This document shows positions 1 to 9,610 of a stretch of DNA of 64,000 nt, in pieces (the stretch's first letter is position 1; each line of letters begins with the position of its first letter). The stretch is from the NCBI GenBank assembly GCA_963812335.1, contig CAWEUU010000007.1, positions 19,682-83,681 on the forward strand, given 5' to 3'. The position numbers were made by a program, and so were the translations under genes. Source of the stretch: an uncultured Solirubrobacterales bacterium. GTDB taxonomy: Bacteria; Actinomycetota; Thermoleophilia; Solirubrobacterales; 70-9. The notes beneath the pieces are model-generated. The model was not told the origin of the DNA and ran no database searches. It worked only from the letters and a program-made list of their open reading frames with translations.

Positions 1-551
1 GCCGCACGGAGAAGATGCAGGAGCTGCGAATGCAGGCCAGCCAGGACCCGCTGACCGGGCTGAAGAACCGCCGCCGCTTCGAGGAAGACCTGCGCAACGA
101 GCTCGCCCGCAGCCATCGCGAGCACACGGTCGGCGTCGTGATGATGCTCGACCTCGACAACTTCAAGCAGGTCAATGACACGCTTGGGCACCCGGTCGGC
201 GACCGTACGATCGCCGAGATCGCCGCGTTGCTGTCGAGGCGCATGCGGGTGACCGATGTGGTCGCGCGGCTGGGCGGAGACGAGTTCGCCGTGGTGCTGC
301 CGCGCTGCGACCTCGACGAGGCCGAGGAGATCGCCGACGGGATCGCCACGGCGATCCGCCTGCACATGCTGCCCGGGGAGGCGGCGCCGCCGATCACCGC
401 CAGCATCGGCATCGCCACCTTCGGCCCGCAGTCCGACGGCTACGACGCCGTGCTCTCAGCGGCCGACAACGCGATGTACGAGGCCAAGCGGGCCAGGGGC
501 GACAACGTGCGCGTGGCCGGGCACGTCACGGCTTCCGGCCCGTCCCTGTAG
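1..551 (+). CDS. GGDEF-domain diguanylate cyclase, C-terminal part (5' end outside window)
   Basis: Frame open to the window edge. Translation has LTGLKNRRRF, DLDNFKQVND and the RLGGDEFAV GGDEF signature. Confidence 0.85.
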   Translation, partial: RTEKMQELRMQASQDPLTGLKNRRRFEEDLRNELARSHREHTVGVVMMLDLDNFKQVNDTLGHPVGDRTIAEIAALLSRRMRVTDVVARLGGDEFAVVLPRCDLDEAEEIADGIATAIRLHMLPGEAAPPITASIGIATFGPQSDGYDAVLSAADNAMYEAKRARGDNVRVAGHVTASGPSL

Positions 552-610
552 GGGGTTCCGCTCACAGCGCACCTCCACACGTCCGGGGCGATTCCTAGCC
601 TTGCGCCCGA

Positions 611-1744
611 ATGTCTTCCCTGATCGATTTCGAGGAGGCGCTGGCGCTCGGCAAGCTGAGCGCGCATGAGCAGATCGGCGAGCTGGTCGAACGCGCCTGG
701 GCCGTGCGCCAGGAAAACTTCGGCGACTCGACCGACATGTGCTCGCTGGTCAACGCCAAGTCGGGCGGCTGTGCCGAGGACTGCGGCTTCTGCGCCCAGT
801 CGCGCTACGCCGAGGCCGACACGCCGATGCACGCGATGATGGAGCCGGAGCAGATCCTCGAGCATGCGAAGGCGGCCGAGGCGGCGGGCGCGCACCGTTT
901 CTGCATGGTCACCCAGGGGCAGGGCCTCTCCAAAAAGGACTTCGGGAAAATCATCGAGGGCGCGAAGCTCGTCTCCGAGCACACCAACCTGAAGCGCTGC
1001 GCCTCGATCGGCCATATGTCGGGCGAGCGGGCCAGGGCGCTGCGGGAGGCCGGTATCCAGCGCGTCCACCACAACGTCGAGTCCTCGCGCTCCTACTACC
1101 CGGAGGTCTCGAGCACGGTCCGCTATGAGGGCCGGCTGCGCACGATCGACGCGGTCAAGGAGGCCGGGTTGGAGACCTGCGTCGGCGGCATCCTCAACCT
1201 CGGCGAGTCGCCACGGCAGCGAGTCGAGATGGCCTTCGAGCTCTCTGAGCTGAAGCCGGACTCGGTGCCGATCAACCTGCTCAACCCGCGTGAGGGGACG
1301 AAGTTCGGCGACCGCCCGCTGATGGACCCATGGGAGGTCGTCAAGTGGGTGGCGATCTTCCGCCTGATCATCCCCGGCGCGCTCTTCCGCCTTTGCGGCG
1401 GCCGGGTCGAGAACCTCGGGGAGCTGCAGCCGCTGGCGGTCAAGGCTGGGCTCAACGGGGTGATGATGGGCAACTTTCTGACCACGCTCGGGGCCGAGCC
1501 CGAGGACGACCGGGCCATGTTCGAGGAGCTGGGCCTGAACGTGGCGCGCCAGCCCGACAACGGCGCCAACCCGCGCCCGGACAACCGCTCCGGTCGGCTC
1601 GAGGGCGAGACCCCGGTGACGCCGATCGACGAGCTGATCGACAGCCAGGGGGAAGCGAACTTCTGGGATCCCTCGACGCAGTTGCGGGTGATCAAGAAGA
1701 CGAAGAAGCCCCCGCCCTACCCGGCGCGCCAGACAACGGCATGA
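611..1744 (+). CDS. bioB: biotin synthase (radical SAM)
   Basis: 377 aa with a CAEDCGFCAQS radical-SAM cysteine motif and BioB-like sequence throughout. Has a ~40 aa C-terminal tail. Stop overlaps the bioF ATG (ATGA). Confidence 0.95.
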   Translation: MSSLIDFEEALALGKLSAHEQIGELVERAWAVRQENFGDSTDMCSLVNAKSGGCAEDCGFCAQSRYAEADTPMHAMMEPEQILEHAKAAEAAGAHRFCMVTQGQGLSKKDFGKIIEGAKLVSEHTNLKRCASIGHMSGERARALREAGIQRVHHNVESSRSYYPEVSSTVRYEGRLRTIDAVKEAGLETCVGGILNLGESPRQRVEMAFELSELKPDSVPINLLNPREGTKFGDRPLMDPWEVVKWVAIFRLIIPGALFRLCGGRVENLGELQPLAVKAGLNGVMMGNFLTTLGAEPEDDRAMFEELGLNVARQPDNGANPRPDNRSGRLEGETPVTPIDELIDSQGEANFWDPSTQLRVIKKTKKPPPYPARQTTA

Positions 1745-2922
1745 GCGAGGTCGCCGAGCGGTTGGAGGAGCTCCGCGCAAGCGGGCTCCGCCGCCGGTTG
1801 CGGCTGATCGAGGGGGCGCAGGGGCCGCGCGTGCTGCTCGACGGGCAACCGGTGCTGCTGCTCTGCTCGAACGACTACCTGGGCCTCGCCGGCGACCCAC
1901 AGGTGCGCGGCGCGGCGGCCGAGGCGGCACTGCGCTGGGGCGCCGGGGCCGGGGCCTCGCGACTGATCGCCGGCAACATGGAGCCGCACCGACTGCTCGA
2001 GCAGCGCCTCGCAATGTTCAAGGGCTACGAGTCGGCGCTGCTGTTCGGCTCCGGCTACCTTGCCAACATCGGCGCGATCTCGGCCCTGGCCGGGCGCGGC
2101 CACGTCGTCTTCTCCGATGAGCTCAACCACGCCAGCATCGTCGACGGCTGCCGCCTGGCGCGCGCCGAGACCTTCGTCTACCGCCACGGCGACACCGAGC
2201 ACCTCGCCTGGGGCTTGGCCGAGGCGGGGGAGCGCGCGGCGCTGATCGTCAGCGACGGTGTTTTCTCGATGGACGGCGATGTCGCCCCGCTGGCCGGCCT
2301 GGTCCGGCTCGCCCGGACGCACGGATGCCGCCTGATGATCGACGAGGCGCACGCGACCGGGTCGCTCGGCCCCGGTGGGCGCGGCTCGGTCGCCGCCGCG
2401 GGGCTGAGCGATGAGGTCGACCTCATCGTCGGCACGCTGGGCAAGGCGCTCGGCTCCTACGGCGCCTACGTCTGTGCGAGCGCCGAACTGCGCGAGTTCC
2501 TGCTCAACACGGCGCGCTCCTTCATCTTCTCGACCGCGCTGCCGCCGCCCTCGCTCGCCGCGGCGATGGCGGCGCTGGAGCTGCTTGACGCCGAGCCGCA
2601 GCGGGTGCGGCGCCTGAGCGCAAACGCGGCGACTCTGCGCGACGGGCTGCGAGCCGAGGGGCTCGACGCGGGCGGCGGCGAGAGCCAGATCATCCCGCTC
2701 GGCGTCGGCGAGGCCGAGCCGGCGATGGAGCTCTGTGAGCGCCTGCTCGAGCGCGGCGTCTTCGCCCAGGGCATCCGCCCCCCGACCGTCCCCCCCGGTA
2801 GCTCACGGCTGCGCTTCAGCGTGATGGCGACGCACGAGCCGACGGACCTGCGCCGCGCTGCCCAGGAGGCCGGCGCGGCCGCCCGCGAAATGGGGCTGAT
2901 AAGAACGCTGGCTGCCGCCTGA
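1741..2922 (+). CDS. bioF: 8-amino-7-oxononanoate synthase
   Basis: In-frame ATG at 1741 inside track ORF 1330..2922. MSEVAERLEELRASGLRRRLR... with a PLP-enzyme body (GTLGKALG lysine motif). The upstream part of the track ORF overlaps bioB and is R/G-rich junk. Confidence 0.9.
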   Translation: MSEVAERLEELRASGLRRRLRLIEGAQGPRVLLDGQPVLLLCSNDYLGLAGDPQVRGAAAEAALRWGAGAGASRLIAGNMEPHRLLEQRLAMFKGYESALLFGSGYLANIGAISALAGRGHVVFSDELNHASIVDGCRLARAETFVYRHGDTEHLAWGLAEAGERAALIVSDGVFSMDGDVAPLAGLVRLARTHGCRLMIDEAHATGSLGPGGRGSVAAAGLSDEVDLIVGTLGKALGSYGAYVCASAELREFLLNTARSFIFSTALPPPSLAAAMAALELLDAEPQRVRRLSANAATLRDGLRAEGLDAGGGESQIIPLGVGEAEPAMELCERLLERGVFAQGIRPPTVPPGSSRLRFSVMATHEPTDLRRAAQEAGAAAREMGLIRTLAAA

Positions 2923-2952
2923 GAACGTGCATGACGCGCCATGCACGTTCTC
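2921..2952 (+). promoter_or_regulatory. perfect 13-bp inverted repeat spanning the bioF stop / bioD start
   Basis: GAGAACGTGCATG-ACGCGC-CATGCACGTTCTC. The bioD ATG (2931) lies in the left arm. Confidence 0.4.
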
Positions 2953-3608
2953 AGGGTGTATTCGTAACCGGGACGGGGACCGAGGTGGGTAAGACGGTGG
3001 TCGCCGCGGCGATCGCGCGCACGCTTGCGGCGGAAGGCAATCGTGTGGCGGTGTTCAAGCCGGCGATCACCGGCCTGGACGAGGACGGTGAGCCGGACCA
3101 GGCGCTGCTGCGCCGCGCCGCCGGATCGGAGCAGAGCGATGAGGAGATTGCGCCCTACCGCTACGGGCCGCCGATGTCGCCGCATCTTGCCGCCGAGCTG
3201 GCGGGCGAGGAGATCGCGCCGCAGCGCCTGCGCGAGGCTGTAGACGCCGCGGCGGCCGGCGCTGACGCGCTCGTCTGCGAGGGGGTCGGGGGGCTGTTCG
3301 TGCCGCTCGCGGACGGCTATCTCGTCCGCGATCTGGCCGTCGAGCTCGGCCTACCGCTGGTCATCGCCGCGTCGCCGGAGCTCGGCACGATCAACCACAC
3401 GCTGTTGACGATCGAGGCGGCGCGTAGCGCCGGGCTCAAAGTCTCGGCGGTCGTGCTCACCCCGTGGCCCGAGCAGCCGGATGCGATCGGGCGCTCGAAT
3501 CGCGAGACGATCGCCGTGCTGGGCGAGGCCAGGGTCGAGACGCTGCCTACGCTCGACCTGGGCGACCCCGATAGTTGGCCGCAACTGGCGAGTTGGTCGC
3601 ACATATAG
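2931..3608 (+). CDS. bioD: dethiobiotin synthetase
   Basis: 225 aa with an N-terminal FVTGTGTEVGKT P-loop typical of BioD. Follows bioF. Confidence 0.9.
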   Translation: MTRHARSQGVFVTGTGTEVGKTVVAAAIARTLAAEGNRVAVFKPAITGLDEDGEPDQALLRRAAGSEQSDEEIAPYRYGPPMSPHLAAELAGEEIAPQRLREAVDAAAAGADALVCEGVGGLFVPLADGYLVRDLAVELGLPLVIAASPELGTINHTLLTIEAARSAGLKVSAVVLTPWPEQPDAIGRSNRETIAVLGEARVETLPTLDLGDPDSWPQLASWSHI

Positions 3609-3611
3609 CGA

Positions 3612-5096
3612 CTAACTCGCCACGGAGACCCCCGCCAACTCCTCGCCGCCTGGGCTCGCCTCCGCCTCCGCGACCTCTGGGCCGACTCCCCGGCCGGGTC
3701 GCCCGCGAATCGCGCTCGCGGCAATGACCGCACCGATCAGGGTCACCGCCGCGGAGACCATCATCGCGTCGCTGAGCCCATCGACGAAGTTCTGTGGGGT
3801 CGCCGACTCGAAGTCGTGGCCGGCCGAGGCCTGGAAGATCGCGCCGGTGATCGCGACGCCGAGACTGCCGCCCACCATGCGGAACATCGAGAGCACGCCG
3901 GAGGCGATGCCGGCTTTCTCGACCGCGACCGCGTTCATCGCGGCGCTGGTCATCGGCGACATCGTCAGCGCGATGCCGATGCCGAGCAGCATGAAGCCGG
4001 GCAGTAGGTCGAGGTACGTCGAGTCGACCGCGATCCGGGTGAAGCTCAGCAGTGAGAGCGTCAGGACCGCGAGCCCGGCGACGATCAGCCAGCGCGGGCC
4101 GAAGCGGTCGGCGAGCCGGCCGGCGACCGGTGCGACGCCGACGATCATCAGCGTCGAGGGGAGGAAGCGCACACCCGCCTCCAGCGGCGAGTAGCGGAGG
4201 ATGTCCTGCATGTAGATGGCGAGGAAGAAGAAGACGCCCATCATCGCGAAGGTGATGATCAGCGCGACGACGACGGCGCCGACGAAGTTGCGATCGGCGA
4301 AGAAGCGGAACTCGACCATCGGCGCCTTGACCCGCAGCTCGATCGCGACGAAGGCGGCAAGCGACAGGGCCGAGCCCACGAGCAGGGCGACGATGCCGAC
4401 CGAGGCCCAACCCCAGGCGTTGCCCTCGACCAGGGCGAGGACGAGCGCGGTGAGGCCGGCGGTCAGCGCGGCGACACCGAGGTAGTCGACCTCGCGGCCG
4501 ACCGTGGTGTCGCGCGACTCGCGCACGGCGAAGATCGTCGCCGCGATCGCACCAGCGGCTACCGGGATGTTGAGGTAGAAGATCGCCCGCCAGCTGACGT
4601 GCTCGGTGAGGAAGCCGCCGAGCACCGGCCCGACCGCGAGCGCCAGGGCCGAGACTCCCGCCCAGGTGCCCATCGCCTTGCCGCGCTCGTGGGCGGGGAA
4701 GGCGTCGGTGATGATCGAGAGCGTGCCCGGCATCATCAGCGCCGCGCCGACGCCCTGCACGACGCGGCTGATCACGAGGTCGGTCGAGTTCTGCGCCAGG
4801 CCGGCGGTCGCCGAGGAGAGGGCGAAGACGACGACGCCGAGCAGGAACATGCGGCGGCGGCCGAAGATGTCGCCGAGCCGCCCGCCCGTTGCGAGCAGCA
4901 CGGCGAAGGAGAGCGTGTAGCCGTTGACGGTCCACTCGAGGCCGGAGATCGAGGCGCCGAGGTCGCGCTGGATCGAGGGCAGCGCCACATTCACGACCGT
5001 GTTGTCGAGCATGATCATGAACAGGGCGAAGCACATCGCCCCCAAGGTCCACCACTTGCGGTTGTCGTCGGTGATCAGGTGCCGGTAGCGGGTCAC
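3612..5096 (-). CDS. MFS transporter, DHA2 (EmrB/QacA-like, ~14 TMS)
   Basis: C-terminal 494 codons of track ORF 3612..6479. GTG at 5096 precedes TRYRHLITDDNRKWWTLGAMCFALFMIMLDNTVVNVALPSIQ, a typical DHA2 N-terminus. The rest of the track ORF is antisense to bioA. Confidence 0.85.
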   Translation of the reverse strand: MTRYRHLITDDNRKWWTLGAMCFALFMIMLDNTVVNVALPSIQRDLGASISGLEWTVNGYTLSFAVLLATGGRLGDIFGRRRMFLLGVVVFALSSATAGLAQNSTDLVISRVVQGVGAALMMPGTLSIITDAFPAHERGKAMGTWAGVSALALAVGPVLGGFLTEHVSWRAIFYLNIPVAAGAIAATIFAVRESRDTTVGREVDYLGVAALTAGLTALVLALVEGNAWGWASVGIVALLVGSALSLAAFVAIELRVKAPMVEFRFFADRNFVGAVVVALIITFAMMGVFFFLAIYMQDILRYSPLEAGVRFLPSTLMIVGVAPVAGRLADRFGPRWLIVAGLAVLTLSLLSFTRIAVDSTYLDLLPGFMLLGIGIALTMSPMTSAAMNAVAVEKAGIASGVLSMFRMVGGSLGVAITGAIFQASAGHDFESATPQNFVDGLSDAMMVSAAVTLIGAVIAASAIRGRPGRGVGPEVAEAEASPGGEELAGVSVAS

Positions 5097-5168
5097 CCAC
5101 CCATCTTGCCCCAACGAGGGGCTTTCCTGTGTGAGATTTGCCGCCGAAGCCGGGGCTAGATTCGCTCC

Positions 5169-6497
5169 GTGGCGATGTCGGTAGATCTCGGGAAGCTCGA
5201 TCGCGACCATCTCTGGCACCCGTTCACCCAGCAGCAAGGCTGGGTCGAGGAAGAGCCGCTGATGATCGAGCGGGCCGAAGGGGCGCAGCTGATCGACCGG
5301 GAGGGCCGCCGCTACATAGACGGGGTCTCCTCGCTTTGGTGCAACGTCCACGGGCATCGCCACGCGGGCATCGACGCGGCCGTGCGCGAGCAGCTCGAGC
5401 GGGTCGCCCACTCGACCATGCTCGGCCTCTCCCACCCCGGCGCCGCCGAGCTGGCGGCGAAGCTGGTCGAGATCGCCCCGCCGGGGCTCTCGCGCGTCTT
5501 CTACTCCGAGTCGGGCTCGACCGCGACCGAGATCGCGCTGAAGATGGCCTTCCAGTTCCAACAGCAGCGCGGCGGCCAGCACACCCGGCGCACCTCCTTC
5601 GTCCACCTGCGCGAGGCCTACCACGGCGACACGATCGGCTCGGTCTCGGTCGGCGGCATCGGCCTCTTCCACTCGACCTACCGGCCGCTGTTGTTCGAGA
5701 CCCACGCGGTCGAGCCGGGCGAGAGCGCCGATCTCGAGCGGGTCCTGTCCTGCCACGAGGAAGAGGTCGCGGCGCTGATCGTGGAGCCGTTGGTCCAGGG
5801 CGCCGCCGGCATGCTCGTCCACCCGCCCGGCTACCTGCGCGAGGCGCGCGAGCTCTGCGACCGCTTCGGCGTGCTGCTGATCTGCGACGAGGTGGCGACC
5901 GGGTTCGGCCGCACCGGGACGATGTTCGCCTGCGAGCAGGAGGGCGTCACGCCCGACCTGCTCTGCCTTGCCAAGGGCCTCACCGGCGGCTACCTGCCGC
6001 TGGCCGCGACGCTGACCACGGAGCGGATCTACGATGGCTTTCTCGGCGCCCACGAGGACTACCGCACCTTCTTCCACGGCCATACCTACACCGGCAACCC
6101 GCTCGCCTGCGCGGCGGCGCTGGCCAGCCTCGAGGCCTTCGAGAAGGAGGAGACGCTGGAGCGCCTGCAGCCGAAAATCGAGCTGCTCGGCGAGCTGCTC
6201 GAGCCGGTCGCTGCGATGCCCGAGGTCGCCGCGGTGCGCCGCCGCGGCACGATGACCGGCATCGACCTCGGCGAGCACGACCCGGCGCTGCGCCTCGGCC
6301 ACCTGGTGACCCTGGAGGCCCGCAGGCGCGGCGCGATCGTCCGCCCGCTTGGCGACGTGATCATCCTCATGCCCCCGCTCTCGATCTCCGCCGAGGAGCT
6401 GACCCAACTGGTCGAGATCGCCGCCACCTCGATCGAGGCCGCCTGCCGCGACGCCTACCCGGCGAAGGCGCCGGTCCACCTCGCCGAAGCGGCCTAG
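5169..6497 (+). CDS. bioA: adenosylmethionine-8-amino-7-oxononanoate aminotransferase
   Basis: 442 aa class-III aminotransferase. [10 protein letters not shown]-terminus and BioA-like sequence throughout. Confidence 0.93.
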   Translation: MAMSVDLGKLDRDHLWHPFTQQQGWVEEEPLMIERAEGAQLIDREGRRYIDGVSSLWCNVHGHRHAGIDAAVREQLERVAHSTMLGLSHPGAAELAAKLVEIAPPGLSRVFYSESGSTATEIALKMAFQFQQQRGGQHTRRTSFVHLREAYHGDTIGSVSVGGIGLFHSTYRPLLFETHAVEPGESADLERVLSCHEEEVAALIVEPLVQGAAGMLVHPPGYLREARELCDRFGVLLICDEVATGFGRTGTMFACEQEGVTPDLLCLAKGLTGGYLPLAATLTTERIYDGFLGAHEDYRTFFHGHTYTGNPLACAAALASLEAFEKEETLERLQPKIELLGELLEPVAAMPEVAAVRRRGTMTGIDLGEHDPALRLGHLVTLEARRRGAIVRPLGDVIILMPPLSISAEELTQLVEIAATSIEAACRDAYPAKAPVHLAEAA

Positions 6498-6542
6498 CGG
6501 CTGTCACTGACAATTACATTCAAGTGGTATCCTTTTACCACT

Positions 6543-7016
6543 ATGGCTTACGTTGTCCCCCGCAAGAACGGCAGCTGGGAGATACGCGAGACGCGCACGA
6601 CCCCGGATGGCCCGCGCAGCCGCACGCTGGTGAGCTTTCGCGAGCTCAGCGACGAGGTCATCGCGCAGGCCCAGGACCGGGCCGAAAAGCCGATCGACCC
6701 CGATCAGCTGCGGCAGGCGGCGCTGCACGCCGGCGCACCGCTCGAGCAGTCCGGCGCCGACCGCGCCGCCGCTCAGCTGCTCGAGCAGCTCAGCATGGGA
6801 CGCGAGCCGCGCCGGGCGCTGCGACGCCTGCTCGCCGACGCGGTGAAAGATCAGGACGGCGGCCTCTCCGATGCAGCGCAGGCGGCGCAGGAGTGGGTTG
6901 CCGCGACTCCCCAGGAACGCGGCAAGACGCTGGTCGAACTCCTCCGCCTTGGCGATGCCTTGCCGAAGCGGCGCAGGCCTGATCGCAGCGAGTTCCCCGG
7001 CTTCGGACACGCCTAG
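6543..7016 (+). CDS. hypothetical protein, upstream partner of a nucleotidyltransferase
   Basis: 157-aa ORF with an AT-richer upstream region. Stop lies 3 nt before the next start. No motif I can name. Confidence 0.5.
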   Translation: MAYVVPRKNGSWEIRETRTTPDGPRSRTLVSFRELSDEVIAQAQDRAEKPIDPDQLRQAALHAGAPLEQSGADRAAAQLLEQLSMGREPRRALRRLLADAVKDQDGGLSDAAQAAQEWVAATPQERGKTLVELLRLGDALPKRRRPDRSEFPGFGHA

Positions 7017-7019
7017 CTC

Positions 7020-7580
7020 ATGGCCGAGCTCTCACTGCCCGAGAAAGTCACCGCGGTCGACCGGGCGCTGAGCGAGGCGCGCATCCCGCACGCTTTCGGC
7101 GGCGCCCTCGCGCTGGCCTACTACGCCGAGCCGCGGGTCACGATCGACATCGATATCAACGTCTTCACACCGGCCGAGCGGATCGACGAGGTCAATCTCG
7201 CGCTGGGCCCGCTCGGCGTGCAGACCCTGGAATCGGAGCAGGATCGCCTCGCGTTGGAGCGCGATGGCCAGTGCCGGATCTGGTGGGGGATCACCGCACT
7301 CGACCTGTTCTTCGCGAACGACGAGATACATGCGGTGATGCGCGACGCCGCCCGGCGCGTTCCGTTCGGCGACGACCACATCGATGTCCTCTCCCCCGAG
7401 CACCTCGTCGTCTGCAAGGCCTGCTTCGACCGCCCGAAGGACTGGATCGACATCGAACAGGTGCTGGTCGCCACCGAGCCGTTCGACGTCGCCGAGGTCG
7501 ACCGCTGGCTGGGACGCCTCGGCGAGGACGACCAGCGCAAGCGACGCTTCGACGGACTCGCGCTCGAGCTCAGGGACTGA
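7020..7580 (+). CDS. minimal nucleotidyltransferase-fold protein (MNT/AbiEii-like)
   Basis: 186 aa. HAFGGALALAYY...VTIDIDINVF fits the NTase hG[GS]...DxD pattern. Confidence 0.55.
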   Translation: MAELSLPEKVTAVDRALSEARIPHAFGGALALAYYAEPRVTIDIDINVFTPAERIDEVNLALGPLGVQTLESEQDRLALERDGQCRIWWGITALDLFFANDEIHAVMRDAARRVPFGDDHIDVLSPEHLVVCKACFDRPKDWIDIEQVLVATEPFDVAEVDRWLGRLGEDDQRKRRFDGLALELRD

Positions 7581-7595
7581 CACACCGCCAGTAAG

Positions 7596-8249
7596 GTGGC
7601 CGGGATGGGAGAGAGAAAGCGGGGGTCGGCGGAGGCTCCCAACCTCGGAGAGCCCTCGACGCCGCTGCCGTCGGCGTCGGTGGTGCTGCTGCGGCGCGGC
7701 GGCAAGCACGGCGACCGGGCGCTGGAGGTACTGCTGCTGAAGCGGACCGAGGAGGCGAAGTTCATGCCCGGGGTCTGGGTCTTCCCCGGCGGCGGTGTCG
7801 ACGGGATCGACGGTGACGGCGAGGCGCGCCACCGGGCCTGCGCCGTGCGCGAGCTCGAGGAGGAGGCCGGGATCGCGCTTCCGGACGACGAGGAGCTGAT
7901 CCTGTTCTCACGCTGGATCACCCCCGAGGTGATTTCGCGGCGCTTCGACGCCTGGTTCTTCCTCGCTCTCGCGCCCGCCCACACACCACCGGAGCCCGAC
8001 GGAGTCGAGACGACCGAGGCGGGCTGGTTCGAGCCGCGCGCCGCGCTTGACGCGCAGCAGAGCGGCGAGCTGGCGCTCGCCTTCCCGACGATCCACCAGC
8101 TCAACATGCTGCTTCCATTCGCCACTTCCGGCGAGGCGATCGAGGCCTTCCGCGGCCGCACGATCGAGCCGATCCTGCCAAAGGTGATCGGCAGCCAGGA
8201 GGACCATCGCGTGGTCCTCCCCGGCGACCCGGACTACCCGCTGGGCTGA
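7596..8249 (+). CDS. NUDIX hydrolase
   Basis: 217 aa with Nudix box GGGVDG...AVRELEEEAGI. Start could be the GTG at 7596 or the ATG at 7605. Confidence 0.85.
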   Translation: MAGMGERKRGSAEAPNLGEPSTPLPSASVVLLRRGGKHGDRALEVLLLKRTEEAKFMPGVWVFPGGGVDGIDGDGEARHRACAVRELEEEAGIALPDDEELILFSRWITPEVISRRFDAWFFLALAPAHTPPEPDGVETTEAGWFEPRAALDAQQSGELALAFPTIHQLNMLLPFATSGEAIEAFRGRTIEPILPKVIGSQEDHRVVLPGDPDYPLG

Positions 8250-8256
8250 ACCGCCG

Positions 8257-8928
8257 TCAGCTGGCCGGAAACGGTTCCAGGCCGGCGTGCCAGGGCCCCG
8301 GCGGATAGACGTTCAGGCCGCTCTCGTCCATCTCGCCCTGCAACCGCTTGAACAGCTGGCCGGCGTTCTCCAGCGCCTCCTTCAGCTCGGCCTCGCTGCG
8401 CTGGCGCAGGTGCCAGAGGAACCAGAGCTGGCGGTCGTTGACGCCGAAGTCGATCTCGCCGGTCATCGTCGTCGTCCAGGTGAGGAAGCCGGGGCTGAAC
8501 AGCTCGCGCAGCTTGACCGGGTCGTACTCGCTCGGCACGGTTGCCTGAAAGCGCTGGTTGAACTCGATCGACTCGAACTCGACCCTGCGGGCGAAGCGCT
8601 TGGTGACGACCTCGTGGCCCTCGATCGACTCGACGTTGAAGGCCGGGATCACCTGCGCCAGGTCGGGCATGTGCGCCTTGGCGAGCAGCGCCGTCGGCAG
8701 CATCGCCTTGCCGAAGAGGCCGCCGGCCTCCTTTTCGTCGGCGTCACAGCAAGCGCCCCAGAACCCCTCCGCGAGCTGCCCGGTGAGCCGGTTGACCCCA
8801 CCCACGCAGAGCGCCACCGGAGCGTCCTTCGGGTTGATCCCGCCGACCGGCTCGTACTTCAGCCCGCGCCGCTCCCCGTACCCCCGCACGACCCCGGCCC
8901 ATTCCTCCGCTTCGCGCTTCGCGCCCAC
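8257..8928 (-). CDS. hypothetical protein (possibly DUF3137-like LemA neighbour)
   Basis: 223-aa ORF with normal composition, divergent from lemA. Family assignment is from memory only. Confidence 0.6.
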   Translation of the reverse strand: MGAKREAEEWAGVVRGYGERRGLKYEPVGGINPKDAPVALCVGGVNRLTGQLAEGFWGACCDADEKEAGGLFGKAMLPTALLAKAHMPDLAQVIPAFNVESIEGHEVVTKRFARRVEFESIEFNQRFQATVPSEYDPVKLRELFSPGFLTWTTTMTGEIDFGVNDRQLWFLWHLRQRSEAELKEALENAGQLFKRLQGEMDESGLNVYPPGPWHAGLEPFPAS

Positions 8929-8949
8929 GGCGCGATCCTATTTCAGTGC

Positions 8950-8996
8950 TTCCGCTGTTCCTTTGCCGTGCTATTTGGGGTTAAGGAACAGCGGAA
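8950..8996. repeat. hairpin repeat family 2, copy A (TTCCGCTGTTCCTT ... AAGGAACAGCGGAA)
   Basis: 14-bp perfect arms (8950-8963 and 8983-8996). Same arm sequence as the hairpin at 44177-44223. Confidence 0.7.
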
Positions 8997-9014
8997 CGCG
9001 CGAGGGGAGGTAGG

Positions 9015-9587
9015 ATGCGGCCCATGGTCGTCGTCCTCATAGTGATCGTCGCGATCGTCGCGATCGCGGTGCTCTACTACATCGCCAAGCGCAACTCGAT
9101 CATCGCCTCGCGCAACCGGGTCGACGAGTCCTGGAGCGGCATCGACGTACAGCTCAAACGCCGCCACGACCTCGTCCCCAACCTGGTCGAGACGGTCAAG
9201 GGCTACGCCACGCACGAGCAGCAGACCTTCGAGAAGACGACGCAGGCGCGGGCCGAAGCAATGAGCGCCCAGGGCATCGAGGAAACCGCCCAGGCCGAGC
9301 AGAAGCTGACCCAGGCGCTCGCCGATGTGAAGGCCGTCGCCGAGAACTACCCGACCCTGCGCGCGACCGAGAACTTCCAGCAGCTCAGCCGCAACCTCTC
9401 CGAGCTCGAGGACGAAATCCAGGCCTCGCGACGTATCTACAACTCCAACGTGCAGTCCTACAACACCGAGATCGAACAGTTCCCGGGCTCGATCATCGCC
9501 AACCAGGGCAACTTCACTGCCCGCGAGTTCTTCGAGATCGAAGACAAATCCGAGCGCCAGCCGGTCTCGGTCAGCTTCGACAAATAA
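9015..9587 (+). CDS. lemA: LemA family protein
   Basis: 190 aa with an N-terminal TM helix, then [37 protein letters not shown], typical of LemA. GGAGG lies upstream. Confidence 0.85.
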   Translation: MRPMVVVLIVIVAIVAIAVLYYIAKRNSIIASRNRVDESWSGIDVQLKRRHDLVPNLVETVKGYATHEQQTFEKTTQARAEAMSAQGIEETAQAEQKLTQALADVKAVAENYPTLRATENFQQLSRNLSELEDEIQASRRIYNSNVQSYNTEIEQFPGSIIANQGNFTAREFFEIEDKSERQPVSVSFDK

Positions 9588-9610
9588 GCCGGTCTTCTAA
9601 GCTGTCGGAC

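Noticed and set aside
440-2014. 524-aa minus-strand ORF antisense to bioB/bioF. Similar long shadow ORFs include 33498..34661(-), 38037..39857(-), 45784..46986(+), 53729..55630(+) and 59081..60790(+).
   Set aside because: They are R/A/G/P-rich and have no motifs. Each lies exactly antisense to a well-supported gene. This is the usual stop-codon-poor shadow frame of GC-rich DNA.
5097-6479. N-terminal 460 codons of the 955-aa track ORF 3612..6479(-).
   Set aside because: This part is antisense to bioA and has junk composition. The MFS sequence starts cleanly at the GTG at 5096.
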